Shown one piece after another: positions 41,309-51,938 of a stretch of DNA of 64,000 bases; positions within the stretch are counted from its first letter, which is position 1; every line of letters starts with the position of its first letter. This DNA is from an uncultured Azospirillaceae bacterium (GTDB lineage Bacteria; Pseudomonadota; Alphaproteobacteria; Rickettsiales; UBA3002): NCBI GenBank assembly GCA_964352815.1, contig CAYGTO010000009.1:5012-69011 (forward strand). The letters run 5' to 3'. The notes under the pieces were generated by a model. The model did no database searches. It saw only the letters and a program-made list of their open reading frames with translations, and was not told the origin of the DNA. The position numbers and the translations under genes were made by a program.

Positions 41309-41992
41309 ATGAAAGCACATATTTCGATTGAAGCCAATATAAGAGAAGAAGTTGGCAAAGGTGCTGCCCGTGCGGCCCGCCGCAATAAGCAGATCCCTGC
41401 CATTGTCTACAGTAAAGATAAAAGCCCGGTGAGCATCACCTTGCCAGAGAACGTGCTCAGCCGTGAATATTTTGGTGGCGGTTTCATGAGCTCAATTGTT
41501 GAGATCAAAACCAACAAAGAAACCATGTACGCGTTGCCGCGTGAAGTGCAGCTGCACCCGGTGAAAGATTCGATCATGCATGTTGATTTCTTAGCGGTCA
41601 ATCAAGGCTCTGAGATCCGCGTTTTGATTCCAGTGAAATTCAAAAACCGTGAGCGTTCAAAAGGCCTCAAACGGGGCGGCGTGCTGAATGTGGTGCGCTT
41701 TGACCTCGAGCTGCTCTGCACCCCAGAAACCATCCCGGGCGTGATTGAAATCGATCTTCTCGATTATAATATCGGTGATTCGGTTCATGTTAGCAATATC
41801 GATCTCCCTGAGGGTGTGCGCCCCGTGATTCAGGACCGTGACTTCACCATTGCTGCGATTGTCGGTAAGGGTAAGAAAGCTGAAGAGGATGAGGATGCCG
41901 CCACTACATCTGCAGTATCAGGCGCTGTTGAAGGAGCGGAAGCTGCCGGTGAGAAGAAAGCCGAAGGCGAGAAAAAAGAAGAGAAGAAATAA
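41309..41992 (+). CDS. rplY: 50S ribosomal protein L25/Ctc
   Basis: GKGAARAARR..IPAIVY, QLHPV..HVDF, GLKRGG; GGAG ribosome-binding site. Confidence 0.94.
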   Translation: MKAHISIEANIREEVGKGAARAARRNKQIPAIVYSKDKSPVSITLPENVLSREYFGGGFMSSIVEIKTNKETMYALPREVQLHPVKDSIMHVDFLAVNQGSEIRVLIPVKFKNRERSKGLKRGGVLNVVRFDLELLCTPETIPGVIEIDLLDYNIGDSVHVSNIDLPEGVRPVIQDRDFTIAAIVGKGKKAEEDEDAATTSAVSGAVEGAEAAGEKKAEGEKKEEKK

Positions 41993-42040
41993 TCAGTGTC
42001 ACCCTGTTGCGCGTGAAGCGCGTGCACGGAATTTTTTTAT

Positions 42041-42121
42041 CGTCATTCTGAGGGAACGAAGTGACCGAAGAATCTCACGTAACCTTTACTATAGATCCTT
42101 CGCCTATGGCTCAGGATGACG
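42041..42121. repeat. REP-like palindromic element (same family as 37195-37277)
   Basis: CGTCATTCTGAG...GACCGAAGAATCT...AGATCCTTCGCCTATGGCTCAGGATGACG. Confidence 0.85.
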
Positions 42122-42131
42122 GTATTGTTCT

Positions 42132-42752
42132 ATGTACCTTCTCGTAGGGCTCGGCAATCCAGGCCGCGAACATCAGCATCAGCGCCATAACATTGGCTTT
42201 ATGGCGATCGATGCTATTGCGCGCGCGCACCATGCGTCGGATGCGCAGCAAAAATTCAAAGGCGAGTTGTGCGAGGCGCGTATTGCGAGCCAGAAATGTC
42301 TGCTGCTCAAGCCGCAAACCTATATGAACACGTCGGGTGTCAGTGTCGCTGAGGCCGCTCATTTTTACAAAATTCCGCTCGAAAAGATTATCGTGCTCTA
42401 TGATGAGCTTGACTTAGTGTTTGGTAAGGTGCGCTGCAAGCAAGGTGGCGGGGCAGGAGGTCATAATGGCATCCGCTCCATCGACAGCCATCTGGGTAAG
42501 AATTATTGGCGGATTCGCCTTGGGATCGACCATCCCGGCGATAAAAATCGCGTCACCGGCCATGTGCTGAGCAATTTTACCAAGGATGAGCAGGCGCATG
42601 TCGACCACTGGCTGTCCTGGCTAGCGGATGATATGGCGCTGATTCTAGAGCAAAATGAGCCCGATATGGCGACGCGAATGGAGCAATTCATGACCAAAAT
42701 CGCCCATTCATGTCCTCCGCCCCATAAGGAAAAGGATGAGAAAAGCGCGTAA
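42132..42752 (+). CDS. pth: Peptidyl-tRNA hydrolase
   Basis: LVGLGNPG, RHNIGF, KPQTYMN, GGHNGIRS. Confidence 0.95.
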   Translation: MYLLVGLGNPGREHQHQRHNIGFMAIDAIARAHHASDAQQKFKGELCEARIASQKCLLLKPQTYMNTSGVSVAEAAHFYKIPLEKIIVLYDELDLVFGKVRCKQGGGAGGHNGIRSIDSHLGKNYWRIRLGIDHPGDKNRVTGHVLSNFTKDEQAHVDHWLSWLADDMALILEQNEPDMATRMEQFMTKIAHSCPPPHKEKDEKSA

Positions 42753-42823
42753 ATCACCGTATTTCCAGTCGTTTTTACCGTTTTCCCCACAGATTAACCC
42801 GATTTCACCAAAAAACACGCTGG

Positions 42824-42857
42824 TTGTCATAAAACTGTCATCTTCCGCTGCTATAGT
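42824..42857 (+). promoter_or_regulatory. Near-consensus Pho box plus -10 hexamer
   Basis: TTGTCAT-AAAA-CTGTCAT (42824-42841), exactly 10 bp, then TATAGT (42852-42857). Confidence 0.75.
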
Positions 42858-42883
42858 GAGAGGATAGAAAAAGTGTGTGAATT

Positions 42884-45277
42884 ATGGGATTAGAATTAAA
42901 AGCTGTGAGTAGTGAAGTGCAGATTCCTAAGACGGTAGAGGAAATGAGAGAGTCTCACTCTGAGGCCTATGCAGTCGCAAGAAATCTTGAATCAGTCATG
43001 TTATTAGTCGATCGGCGTGGCGCCGGTGATAATAGCTATCAGATCCGTATGAAGCCCGAAGGACTAAGTTGGGATACCTTTCTGGATAAAGGTTTAGAAG
43101 GTGGCTTCGTATATGATGCGTCTTCTGCTTATGCGGATACGTACCGCGCCTTTTTTAGTGTGGTGCAAGAAGGCTGGGAAGTTGTTAGCGGCCAAGTAGA
43201 GGCCCATCGTATCCCCGAGGAAGTCGCAATTGCTATCGGCCTTGCTACGGAAGAAGCGCTATCTAAGCTTTCGCCTGATGTGGGCGCAGATGGACGAGGA
43301 AGTGATGTTGCGCCGATAGATTTCTGGGCGTCTATGCAAAAATTTGGCACATTGCTCTTGGAGGGGAAAGTAGGAGACGCTTTTAGCGTGCTATTCGAGT
43401 CGATTGCCCAGCAACTAGATTTTATTACGAGTGTAATCGCCAAAGAAATTGGATCTCCTGACAGTGAATTAAGTGGGGGTGAGCGCTACAGGGCGGGCCA
43501 ACTTTTCAAAGAATCCCAGCATGTCTATGAAAGTATTGTTGGAGCTTCCGTGCAGCTAGAAAATGGTAATACATTTGAAATTACTCCAGGGCTTGCGCGT
43601 CTTATCGCAGGTATAGAAGAAGGACGGCGCACAGGCCAGCCATTATATGTAAAAGGCAATCCGGAACGGGGCCCTGATAGCAATGTTTCAGAAGCTGCGC
43701 GTCGCGAAGACTCTCCAACTTTCCTAGAACATATCTCAGATCGTGCCTATGATGCGCCGATAGCCACCACATTAGGAGTAGGCGGTGCTGTTTCTACTGG
43801 AGCGACGATCGCTTCAAATGCGCCTGCGGCTTTACGCGATGGAGTGTCTGCAATCGGACGTGGTTATTCCCATGTGCATAATGCTGTGAAAGTGAATGGA
43901 TGGCGCGCTGGTGCGGCACAGTTGGGCGGCAATATTATGGGCACAGCTTCTGGCATGTGGGGATGGGTGAAGAACCGTAAAATTCCAGGCGGCGCTACGT
44001 TAGCGCCACTTGCTCGTTTATCGACTTCTGCTGCGATTGCATCACCTGCCTATTTCTTGTTAGAGCCTTTTGAAGAGCAGCGTCAGAAAGCAGGCGACGC
44101 GTACCGAGATATGATGGACCATGGTTTGGATTTGGAAAATACGACTGAGTTTCTCAGCGGTGCCACGACCACAGTGGCAACGGGTGCAGGCATCGGCATG
44201 TCTTTATGGGCAGGCGCCGCCGCTTCTATCAAAACGGTGCGTGAAGATTTTATAGCCCGCGCCCCTCGCGTGGTTACAAAATACGCACCTCCGATTATCA
44301 TTGCGAATGGAGTTGCCGATACAGCAGAAGATATTGTGAATGAAGATTATGGCGACGCTGCTGTCAATGGTGCGATTACGGCTGGCGCTGGTGCTGCATT
44401 GACTAAACCAGGGCGCCGGGCAATGGCATGGGCAGCCGGTAAATTCGTCGGAAAACGGGCGCTGCAGGCAGTCCCTGTTGTGGGCACCGCGTGGCTTGCT
44501 TATGACGTTGTCTCTGCCATTATGACGCACGCAAACGAGCGTGCGGATATGATGAGAGTAGATAGTTTTGATGAGCGGACATTACAAACCGCATCACAGT
44601 TTATTGCTGCTATCCCTCATGATCCGGAACTGCTGCGACATTTGCCAGACACAACATACGCTCATCCGGAAACAGGCCAGACCATGCGTTTGAGCCAAGA
44701 TATTCGTATGATGATGCAGCCCATTACAAAATTTCGTAACTGGAGTGAGGCACACGCACAGTTTCGTTCTACAGGAGCTATCGAAGACCCTATGATTGCG
44801 CGTGAAGTGCAGCATGTGTTCGAGAATAATTCACCAGAAAGAGTAGAAGCATGGCTTCTAAAGAGCGTTGCAAATCCGCGTATGTTAAAACATATTGTCG
44901 GGACACTTCGGGCACATAATTTTATCGATGCGCAGGGAAATGCTGTTGGGTCACCTGATCCTGAAAACAATCTCCTAAACTTGTCGCGCGTGGAAGAGCT
45001 GTTGTTTGGTGCACAAGAACAATGTGGAGAGTTGTGTGCTGCACGGGAACCAGAGCAAGTTGAGCCTAATGGATCGTCTGCCCCAGAAGCCGGCCCCGTC
45101 TCGAGCATTCATGGCCATCCGGAAAGTTCAGAACTGGCCGCAGTGGTCGATCTTGCCGACGCAAATCCGAAGCATGTTGGCTTGCATCGCACTGGGCGTC
45201 TTGCTGCACCTAAGGCGGCGCCGATTCCAGGCGTGCAGCGCGTGAATCATGCCGATCTTGTCACCGCACTTGTCTAG
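42884..45277 (+). CDS. Large hypothetical Gly/Ala-rich protein (orphan)
   Basis: 797-aa ORF with several Gly/Ala-rich hydrophobic segments and a low-complexity C-terminal region; no family recognised. Confidence 0.75.
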   Translation: MGLELKAVSSEVQIPKTVEEMRESHSEAYAVARNLESVMLLVDRRGAGDNSYQIRMKPEGLSWDTFLDKGLEGGFVYDASSAYADTYRAFFSVVQEGWEVVSGQVEAHRIPEEVAIAIGLATEEALSKLSPDVGADGRGSDVAPIDFWASMQKFGTLLLEGKVGDAFSVLFESIAQQLDFITSVIAKEIGSPDSELSGGERYRAGQLFKESQHVYESIVGASVQLENGNTFEITPGLARLIAGIEEGRRTGQPLYVKGNPERGPDSNVSEAARREDSPTFLEHISDRAYDAPIATTLGVGGAVSTGATIASNAPAALRDGVSAIGRGYSHVHNAVKVNGWRAGAAQLGGNIMGTASGMWGWVKNRKIPGGATLAPLARLSTSAAIASPAYFLLEPFEEQRQKAGDAYRDMMDHGLDLENTTEFLSGATTTVATGAGIGMSLWAGAAASIKTVREDFIARAPRVVTKYAPPIIIANGVADTAEDIVNEDYGDAAVNGAITAGAGAALTKPGRRAMAWAAGKFVGKRALQAVPVVGTAWLAYDVVSAIMTHANERADMMRVDSFDERTLQTASQFIAAIPHDPELLRHLPDTTYAHPETGQTMRLSQDIRMMMQPITKFRNWSEAHAQFRSTGAIEDPMIAREVQHVFENNSPERVEAWLLKSVANPRMLKHIVGTLRAHNFIDAQGNAVGSPDPENNLLNLSRVEELLFGAQEQCGELCAAREPEQVEPNGSSAPEAGPVSSIHGHPESSELAAVVDLADANPKHVGLHRTGRLAAPKAAPIPGVQRVNHADLVTALV

Positions 45278-45363
45278 AGCCTTTGCGTTAATAACCCTTC
45301 ATAAACCCTTTACTCAGCAAGCGACTGCGTTATCCTTTCCCTGCGATAAAGTAGGAGATATCT

Positions 45364-46305
45364 ATGGCCGTCACCGCTGAACAACAGCAAGAAATCGAAG
45401 CCCTTAAGCAAGAGGTCGGTCAGCCGACGAAGCGGCCGGTCTGTTCGGAGCTAGAGAAGATTCTCTATGAGCCATTGTCCGTGCTCGATCATGGCTTTAT
45501 CCGCGTCGTCGATTATATGGGCGATGATAATGCGATTGTGCAGGCCGCGCGCGTGTCTTACGGGAAGGGAACGAAAAAAGTCAATCAGGATCGCGGCTTG
45601 ATTCGTTATTTGATGCGCCATTGGCACACCACCCCGTTTGAAATGTGCGAGATTAAATTCCACATTAAGCTGCCAATCTTCATTGCGCGGCAATGGATTC
45701 GTCACCGCACGGCGAATGTGAATGAATATTCGGCGCGCTATTCCATCCTCGATAAGGAATTCTATATTCCCCAGCTTGAACATATTTCGCCGCAAAGCAG
45801 CCAAAATCATCAGGGCCGCACCGAAGGTCAACGTCTCTCGCCGGAAGAAGAAGCGCGCGTGCTAGAGATTTTAAAAGAAGATTCGATGCGCGCCTATGAT
45901 CATTATGAAGAACTGATGAATGAGACGGCAGATGGCAATGTGGTCGATGCGAATAAGGCGGGGATCGCACGGGAGCTGGCGCGGATGAATCTGTCACTCA
46001 ATTTTTACACGCAATGGTACTGGAAAATTGATCTACATAATCTGATGCATTTCCTCATGCTGCGTGCGGATAGCCATGCGCAATATGAGATTCGCGCCTA
46101 TGCGGATGTGATGATTGATGTGCTGAAAAAATGGGTACCGCTCGCGCATGAAGCCTTTGAGGAATACCGCCTGCACAGCGCGCATCTCTCGCGCACGGGG
46201 AAAGAGGTGGTTCGCCGCATGCTCTCGGGCGAAGAAGTGACGCAGGAAAATAGCGGATTGACCGCACGCGAATGGAATGAAATGCAAGATATTATTGGCT
46301 CATAA
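45364..46305 (+). CDS. thyX: FAD-dependent thymidylate synthase
   Basis: [38 protein letters not shown]. Confidence 0.95.
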   Translation: MAVTAEQQQEIEALKQEVGQPTKRPVCSELEKILYEPLSVLDHGFIRVVDYMGDDNAIVQAARVSYGKGTKKVNQDRGLIRYLMRHWHTTPFEMCEIKFHIKLPIFIARQWIRHRTANVNEYSARYSILDKEFYIPQLEHISPQSSQNHQGRTEGQRLSPEEEARVLEILKEDSMRAYDHYEELMNETADGNVVDANKAGIARELARMNLSLNFYTQWYWKIDLHNLMHFLMLRADSHAQYEIRAYADVMIDVLKKWVPLAHEAFEEYRLHSAHLSRTGKEVVRRMLSGEEVTQENSGLTAREWNEMQDIIGS

Positions 46306-46322
46306 TCGCTGGGAGGGCTGCG

Positions 46323-47219
46323 ATGCAACGATGGTTTAAACTGGTTTCACTGTGTGTCATGGCATGTGTGCTCGCTGCCCCTAATGCAGGCTATACGGAA
46401 GAGGCGGCGCCGAATTTTGATTTACCAAAAGATCCGTCCGATCTCACACATGGTCGCTATCTTCTCATGCGCGCAAATCAAGGTGCATACTTCTTGGATA
46501 CGGGCTGGTTTTGGAGCGTGTACAGTGAACCGAAAGCGGATGATGCACTCGTGATTGGCACGATTCAGCCGATTGCGAATGTCTCTGAAGAGGATGCGAA
46601 GCGCCTGGCGGAAGCAGGCATTACGATTGAAACGCCCTATGTGTTTACCACGGAAGTGCCGGTGGAGCGCGGTTTATTTGGTAAGCTGACAGGCGCATCC
46701 AACATTGCGTATAACCATGCGCCATTTGAGATTCTGACTGTGGATGGGCGTGAAGCGCTGCCAACCTATGATAAGAAGAGTGATTGGTTTTTAACGTCTG
46801 CGGGCTGGGTGCAGCGGGATGACGAATGGTCTCCTTATATTACCGTCACGGACTGGGCTCGGCTCTATCAGGGTGAGGGCACGGGCGCAGAATTCGTATT
46901 GCCTAAGTCAAATTATGACCTTGTGCCGCTTGCTGGCTTGAACGAAATGCGTGCCAGCACGAGCTATGATGTCCTTGGTAAGATCAATGTCTACCCTTCG
47001 CCAAACTTCAATGAAGAGCCGGTAGCAGAAATTGAATCCCCGTTGCGTTTAGCGGTGCTAGAAATTCAAGGCCAATGGCTGCGCGTATTTATCGTGAAGC
47101 AAGCATGCGCCTTCGACACAGCGAAAAAAGATTTCCGTGAAGGCACGATCGGCTGGGTCCGTGCTACGAGCAATGAAGGCTACCCGCAAATTGCGCGCCG
47201 CGAAGGCTCGTGCGATTAG
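46323..47219 (+). CDS. Hypothetical exported protein, possible SH3-like C-terminal domain
   Basis: Signal-peptide-like N-terminus; INVYPSP...VLEIQGQWLRV...GWVR pattern near the C-terminus. Confidence 0.65.
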   Translation: MQRWFKLVSLCVMACVLAAPNAGYTEEAAPNFDLPKDPSDLTHGRYLLMRANQGAYFLDTGWFWSVYSEPKADDALVIGTIQPIANVSEEDAKRLAEAGITIETPYVFTTEVPVERGLFGKLTGASNIAYNHAPFEILTVDGREALPTYDKKSDWFLTSAGWVQRDDEWSPYITVTDWARLYQGEGTGAEFVLPKSNYDLVPLAGLNEMRASTSYDVLGKINVYPSPNFNEEPVAEIESPLRLAVLEIQGQWLRVFIVKQACAFDTAKKDFREGTIGWVRATSNEGYPQIARREGSCD

Positions 47220-48289
47220 CCACTGAGCAGAGAAGAGACGATTGCTTTATAGGGCGCGGTTGCTTCTTCAGTGCTGCTAAATGGATCTTCGATTCCCTGA
47301 ATCATCGGAACACTTGCCAGTAGTCTTGTGCTGAACTGCTCTGCCATGCGCTGGCCGCCACCTTCACCGAATAGCGCATGTTTCTCGCCGGACGGGTCTT
47401 CAAAATAGCTCATATTTTCAACGATGCCCAGTATGGGCACATCCACCTTCTCAAACATAATAGCCGCCTTGCTGGCATCAGCGGTGGCGAGCTCTTGCGG
47501 TGTGGTGACGATAATCGCGCCGTTGAGTGGGGCTTGCTGCGCGAGGCTTAGCGCAATGTCGCCGGTGCCTGGGGGCATATCAATAAACAGCACATCCACC
47601 GGTGCGTCTTCCGTGCCCCACTGCGTGTTACGTAGCATTTGCTGCAGCGCCTTGCTGACCATTGGGCCGCGTAGAATCGCCGCTTGGTCTGAGATAAGAA
47701 ACCCGATCGACATGCACGCAATGCTATGGCTCTCATGGGGCATCATCATGTTGTCGACGGCTTCGGGTTGTTTTTTGCCCATCAATCCCATGAGGCGTGG
47801 AATGGAGGGGCCATAAATATCAGCATCGAGAATTGCGGCGCGTTGGCCGAGTGCTGTTGCTGCTCGTGCCAAGCTCACGCAGCTGGTTGATTTCCCTACG
47901 CCGCCCTTGCCTGAGGCAACGGCAATGATACGTTTCACATGTGGCAATGGCGTGACATTCCAGCGGGCTGGACGCGCAGCAGCCGTGGTATTGGCTTCGG
48001 GTTCGCTTTCGGCGGTAATGATGATATGGGTTTTGTTAAACAGCCCGAGCGCATCAAGCTTTTCCTGACAGTCTGCAAATAGTGCATCTTTTAACTCTTT
48101 TTGGGACAGAGGGAGTGTCAGCACCACAAAAAGCTCATGATTGCGAATCGCGACTGAGCTGACCCACCCGCTTTGCGCGAGGGATGGATGCTCACCTGCT
48201 GGGATCATATCAAGCTGCTTATGAACCGGACCGAGACGATCATCAGATTTTGATCTTTCTTCTTTCGGAGTTTTCTTGAACAAGCCCAT
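47216..48289 (-). CDS. mrp: Mrp/ApbC (NBP35) iron-sulfur cluster carrier ATPase
   Basis: VASGKGGVGKST, DADIYGPS, DMPPGTGD, IVENMS; start at MGLFKK. Confidence 0.92.
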   Translation of the reverse strand: MGLFKKTPKEERSKSDDRLGPVHKQLDMIPAGEHPSLAQSGWVSSVAIRNHELFVVLTLPLSQKELKDALFADCQEKLDALGLFNKTHIIITAESEPEANTTAAARPARWNVTPLPHVKRIIAVASGKGGVGKSTSCVSLARAATALGQRAAILDADIYGPSIPRLMGLMGKKQPEAVDNMMMPHESHSIACMSIGFLISDQAAILRGPMVSKALQQMLRNTQWGTEDAPVDVLFIDMPPGTGDIALSLAQQAPLNGAIIVTTPQELATADASKAAIMFEKVDVPILGIVENMSYFEDPSGEKHALFGEGGGQRMAEQFSTRLLASVPMIQGIEDPFSSTEEATAPYKAIVSSLLSG

Positions 48290-48366
48290 CTCGCGCCCTA
48301 TATGAATGTTTGACTTATGAAATACAACTTCTAGAGTCCATGTAAATAAGAAGATGAGGAGGTGCA

Positions 48367-49512
48367 ATGCCTTGGGGAAGCAACGATAACGAACAGGGAC
48401 CATGGGGCGGCGGTTCCAATAGTGGCAGTGGCCAAGGGCCACGCAAGCCTGTAGGCCCTGATCTTGACGATATCCTGAGAAAAAGCCATGATAAATTTAA
48501 AGGCGCTTTTGGCAATGATGGCGGTGAGCCTGATACCAAACTTTGGGTGATCAGTGTCTTTGTGTTACTGATTTTATGGGGCGCTTCGGGTCTGTACCGT
48601 GTGAATACCGATGAGCTGGGTGTAGTACTGCGTTTTGGGGAGTATCACCGTATCGAAACCCCAGGCCTTGCTTGGCATGCGCCTTACCCGATTGAGCGCG
48701 TGCTTACGCCAAGTGTGACATCGATCAATAAAATCGAAGTGGGTGAAGTGAAAGACATTTTGCGCAATGTGGCGCGAAGCAAAGCGGCAGCAAGCTTTGA
48801 TGACCGTGACCGCGAAAGCATGATGCTGACGGCTGACCGCAATATTGTGGATGTTAGCTTCGATGTGCAGTGGAAGATTGATGCCACCGCGCCGCAAGAC
48901 TTCTTGTTTAATGTGCGCACGCCTGAGCTTATCGTAAAGCCTGTGGCGGAAAGCGCGATGCGTGAAGTGATTGGCCAGAAAGTGCTCGAAGAAGAAAATA
49001 TCGAAGAGGATATTGGCGATATTTTCCAGAATCAATCTGCGATTGCTCAAGAAACCAAGCAGATCATGCAGGAAATGCTCGATGAATATGATGCGGGTAT
49101 TGAGATTATCAGTGTGAACTTGAGTAAGCCTGATGTGCCCGGCCCTGTAATTGATGAATTCCAAGATATTAAGCGTGCCGAGCAAGATAAGCGGACTGCG
49201 CAGAATGTGGCCGAAGGCTATCGTAATGAAATCATTCCGAAAGCAAAAGGGATGGCGGAACAGATGGTCCAAGAAGCCAAAGCGTATCGCGACAAGGTGG
49301 TGGCTGAGGCAGAAGGGGATGCGGCGCGCTTCACCTCCGTTTATGAAGAATACCGCTTGGCGAAGGATGTGACTAAGAAACGCATCTATTTTGAAACAAT
49401 GGAAAAGATCATGTCAGGCATGCAAAAACTCATTGTCGACCAGAAAGGCCAAGGCGTGCTGCCTTATTTGCCGCTTGATGGCTTACGTTCGAAACCGAAG
49501 GAGGCGCAGTAA
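48367..49512 (+). CDS. hflK: FtsH protease modulator HflK
   Basis: MPW..N..GPWG N-terminus, SPFH domain, MLTADRNIV, VLPYLPL. Confidence 0.93.
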   Translation: MPWGSNDNEQGPWGGGSNSGSGQGPRKPVGPDLDDILRKSHDKFKGAFGNDGGEPDTKLWVISVFVLLILWGASGLYRVNTDELGVVLRFGEYHRIETPGLAWHAPYPIERVLTPSVTSINKIEVGEVKDILRNVARSKAAASFDDRDRESMMLTADRNIVDVSFDVQWKIDATAPQDFLFNVRTPELIVKPVAESAMREVIGQKVLEEENIEEDIGDIFQNQSAIAQETKQIMQEMLDEYDAGIEIISVNLSKPDVPGPVIDEFQDIKRAEQDKRTAQNVAEGYRNEIIPKAKGMAEQMVQEAKAYRDKVVAEAEGDAARFTSVYEEYRLAKDVTKKRIYFETMEKIMSGMQKLIVDQKGQGVLPYLPLDGLRSKPKEAQ

Positions 49513-50450
49513 TGCATAAGATTCTTGTTACCTTAGGCATCGTACTCGTTGCAGGACTTGTTCTGCTGTATAATTCCGCCTTTATTGTTAACCAAACACA
49601 ACAAGCGCTGGTGGTTGAATTTGGTGATATTCGTGAGGTAATTGATGAGCCAGGCCTTGAGTTTAAGCTGCCGTGGCAAAGCGTGTTGTTCTTCGATAAG
49701 CGGCTTCTGCAATTTGATGCAAAGCCGGATGAATTCATCACGAAAGATGTGATCGAAACGAAAGAGGGCCCTAAAGTGGTCGAAGAGCGTGTGATGATTG
49801 ATGCGTTTGTGCTCTACCGCATTGTAGATCCAGTGCAGTTTTATCAATCCGTGAAAAGCGAAGCGAACTTACGTACCCGTTTAAACGGTATCGTTCAGGC
49901 AAATATGCGGAATGTGCTCGCCAATGCGTCGCTGGGAGATCTTCTCTCTGAGCGCCGAACCAACATTATGCGGCGAATTCAAACCGGTGTGAATAATCAA
50001 GTCTCTGGCATAGCGGAGACTACGGTCGAAGATGATAATGGCCAAGTGCGGGGCCAGCAAAGCTTCGGCATTGAGATTGAAGATTTGCGTATCAAACGTG
50101 CCGATTTGCCGGATGCGATTTTGCAATCGACCTTTGAGCGGATGCGTAAAAGTTTCACGAAAAAGGCGCAGCGTTTCCGCGCGGAAGGCGAGCAGGTCAA
50201 GCTTGAAATTCGCTCACAAGCGGACCGCGAGCGTGTTCAGATCACTGCCAATGCGCAGAAAGAAGCCGAAACCATTCGCGGTAAGGGTGACGGGGTAGCG
50301 TCAAAGATTTATGCGGATGTCTTTAAGAAAGACCCCGAATTCTTTGAATTTTACCGCAGCATGCAAGCGTACCGTAAGGCGCTGACGGAGAGTGATACGA
50401 CGCTGATTTTATCGCCGGATCACGAATTCCTCAAACAAATGAATCGCTAA
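49512..50450 (+). CDS. hflC: FtsH protease modulator HflC
   Basis: PGLEFKLP, FDKR, RAEG, DPEFFEFYRSMQAY. Confidence 0.93.
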   Translation: MHKILVTLGIVLVAGLVLLYNSAFIVNQTQQALVVEFGDIREVIDEPGLEFKLPWQSVLFFDKRLLQFDAKPDEFITKDVIETKEGPKVVEERVMIDAFVLYRIVDPVQFYQSVKSEANLRTRLNGIVQANMRNVLANASLGDLLSERRTNIMRRIQTGVNNQVSGIAETTVEDDNGQVRGQQSFGIEIEDLRIKRADLPDAILQSTFERMRKSFTKKAQRFRAEGEQVKLEIRSQADRERVQITANAQKEAETIRGKGDGVASKIYADVFKKDPEFFEFYRSMQAYRKALTESDTTLILSPDHEFLKQMNR

Positions 50451-50480
50451 AACAAGTCTTCATACGAAAAGGAGTAACCC

Positions 50481-51938
50481 ATGGTAGTGCGTTATTTGCC
50501 GTTTATTACAGCCATTGTCATGGTGGTGATTATTGTTTTCGCCACGCAACTCGCCCATGCCCGCCCCGTACCTGGAAGTTTCGCAAACTTAGTGGAGCGA
50601 CTGTCTCCAGCAGTGGTGAATATTTCGACATCGCAAACAATAGAACAACAGCGACTTCCCGGATTTCAGTTTCGTTTCCCTGGTCAGGGTAATGGGGCGG
50701 ATCCGTTCCGCCAGTTCTTTGAGCAGTTTAATCAGCAATTTGGTGGCGCCGTCGAGCGTGAGGTTCAATCCCTCGGTTCAGGATTTGTGATTGATGCTGA
50801 TGGCTACATTGTCACAAACAATCATGTGGTTGCTGGGGCAGATCAGATTACTGTGACTTTCAGCAATAATGATAGCTACGAAGCAGAGCTAGTAGGGCGT
50901 GATAAGAAAACCGACCTCGCGCTGCTCAAAATTGATGCAGGAAAAGATGTGCCATATGTGCGCCTCGGGAACTCAGAAAAGCTGCGCGTTGGCGATTGGG
51001 TGATCGCAATTGGCAACCCGTTTGGTTTGGGCGGTTCTGTCTCAGCGGGGATTGTATCGGCCCGTTCGCGTAATATTAATGCAGGCCCGTTTGATGATTT
51101 CATCCAGACGGACGCAGCCATCAACCGAGGTAATTCTGGCGGACCATTGTTTGACATTAATGGCGACGTGGTTGGCATTAACACGGCGATTTTCTCGCCC
51201 AGCGGCGGTAATGTGGGTATTGGGTTTGCCGTCCCAACCGAGCTTGCGACGTCCGTGATTAATCAGCTTAAAGAGCACGGTCGCACGTTCCGTGGCTGGC
51301 TGGGTGTGAAGATTCAAGATGTCACCCCAGAAATTGCCGATAGTTTAGGCCTCAAAAAAGAGCGTGGCGCCCTAGTGATTGAAGTCACAAAGGGCGGACC
51401 CGCAGAGAAAGCAGGACTTGAGCCGGGCGATGTGATTTTAAGCTTTGAGGACCAGCCAATTAAGGAGATGCGTACCTTGCCTCGTTTGGTGGCGGAAACC
51501 AAAGAGAGCACGAAAGTGGAGCTTGAAGTTTGGCGCGATGGTGATGAAGAAGAGATCGACGTCACTCTTGGAGAGCTTGAAGAGGAAGAAGAGGACATGC
51601 CGCGCAGCTCTAAGAAAGAGTCAGACATGAAAGGCAATCGCTCGACGCTTCTTGGTATGGAGCTTATCGATTTGAATGATACGCTGCGTCAGCGACTAGG
51701 CGTCAGCAAGGATGTCAAAGGCGTGATTGTGGCAAGCGTGAAGCCGGGTAGTGAAGTGGCGAAGCGCGGTATGCGCCCGCGTGATATTATCCTTCAGGCG
51801 AATCAAAAACCGATTACATCGATCAAAACGCTCAATAAGCAGATTGAGAAAGCGGGTGATGAGGGCAAAGACAATGTCCTGCTGCGCGTGTTGCGCCGCG
51901 GTCAGGAGCTGTTCGTTACGATTCCTGTAAGCGAGTAA
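50481..51938 (+). CDS. degP: DegP/DegQ-like (HtrA, protease Do) periplasmic serine protease
   Basis: GSGFVI, TNNHVV, DLALLK, QTDAAINRGNSGGP, two PDZ-like regions. Confidence 0.92.
   Translation: MVVRYLPFITAIVMVVIIVFATQLAHARPVPGSFANLVERLSPAVVNISTSQTIEQQRLPGFQFRFPGQGNGADPFRQFFEQFNQQFGGAVEREVQSLGSGFVIDADGYIVTNNHVVAGADQITVTFSNNDSYEAELVGRDKKTDLALLKIDAGKDVPYVRLGNSEKLRVGDWVIAIGNPFGLGGSVSAGIVSARSRNINAGPFDDFIQTDAAINRGNSGGPLFDINGDVVGINTAIFSPSGGNVGIGFAVPTELATSVINQLKEHGRTFRGWLGVKIQDVTPEIADSLGLKKERGALVIEVTKGGPAEKAGLEPGDVILSFEDQPIKEMRTLPRLVAETKESTKVELEVWRDGDEEEIDVTLGELEEEEEDMPRSSKKESDMKGNRSTLLGMELIDLNDTLRQRLGVSKDVKGVIVASVKPGSEVAKRGMRPRDIILQANQKPITSIKTLNKQIEKAGDEGKDNVLLRVLRRGQELFVTIPVSE

Noticed and set aside
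45285-45313. Weak repeat CCTTCAT-AAAC-CCTTTAC upstream of thyX
   Set aside because: Too degenerate and partly out of phase to count as a fourth Pho-like box
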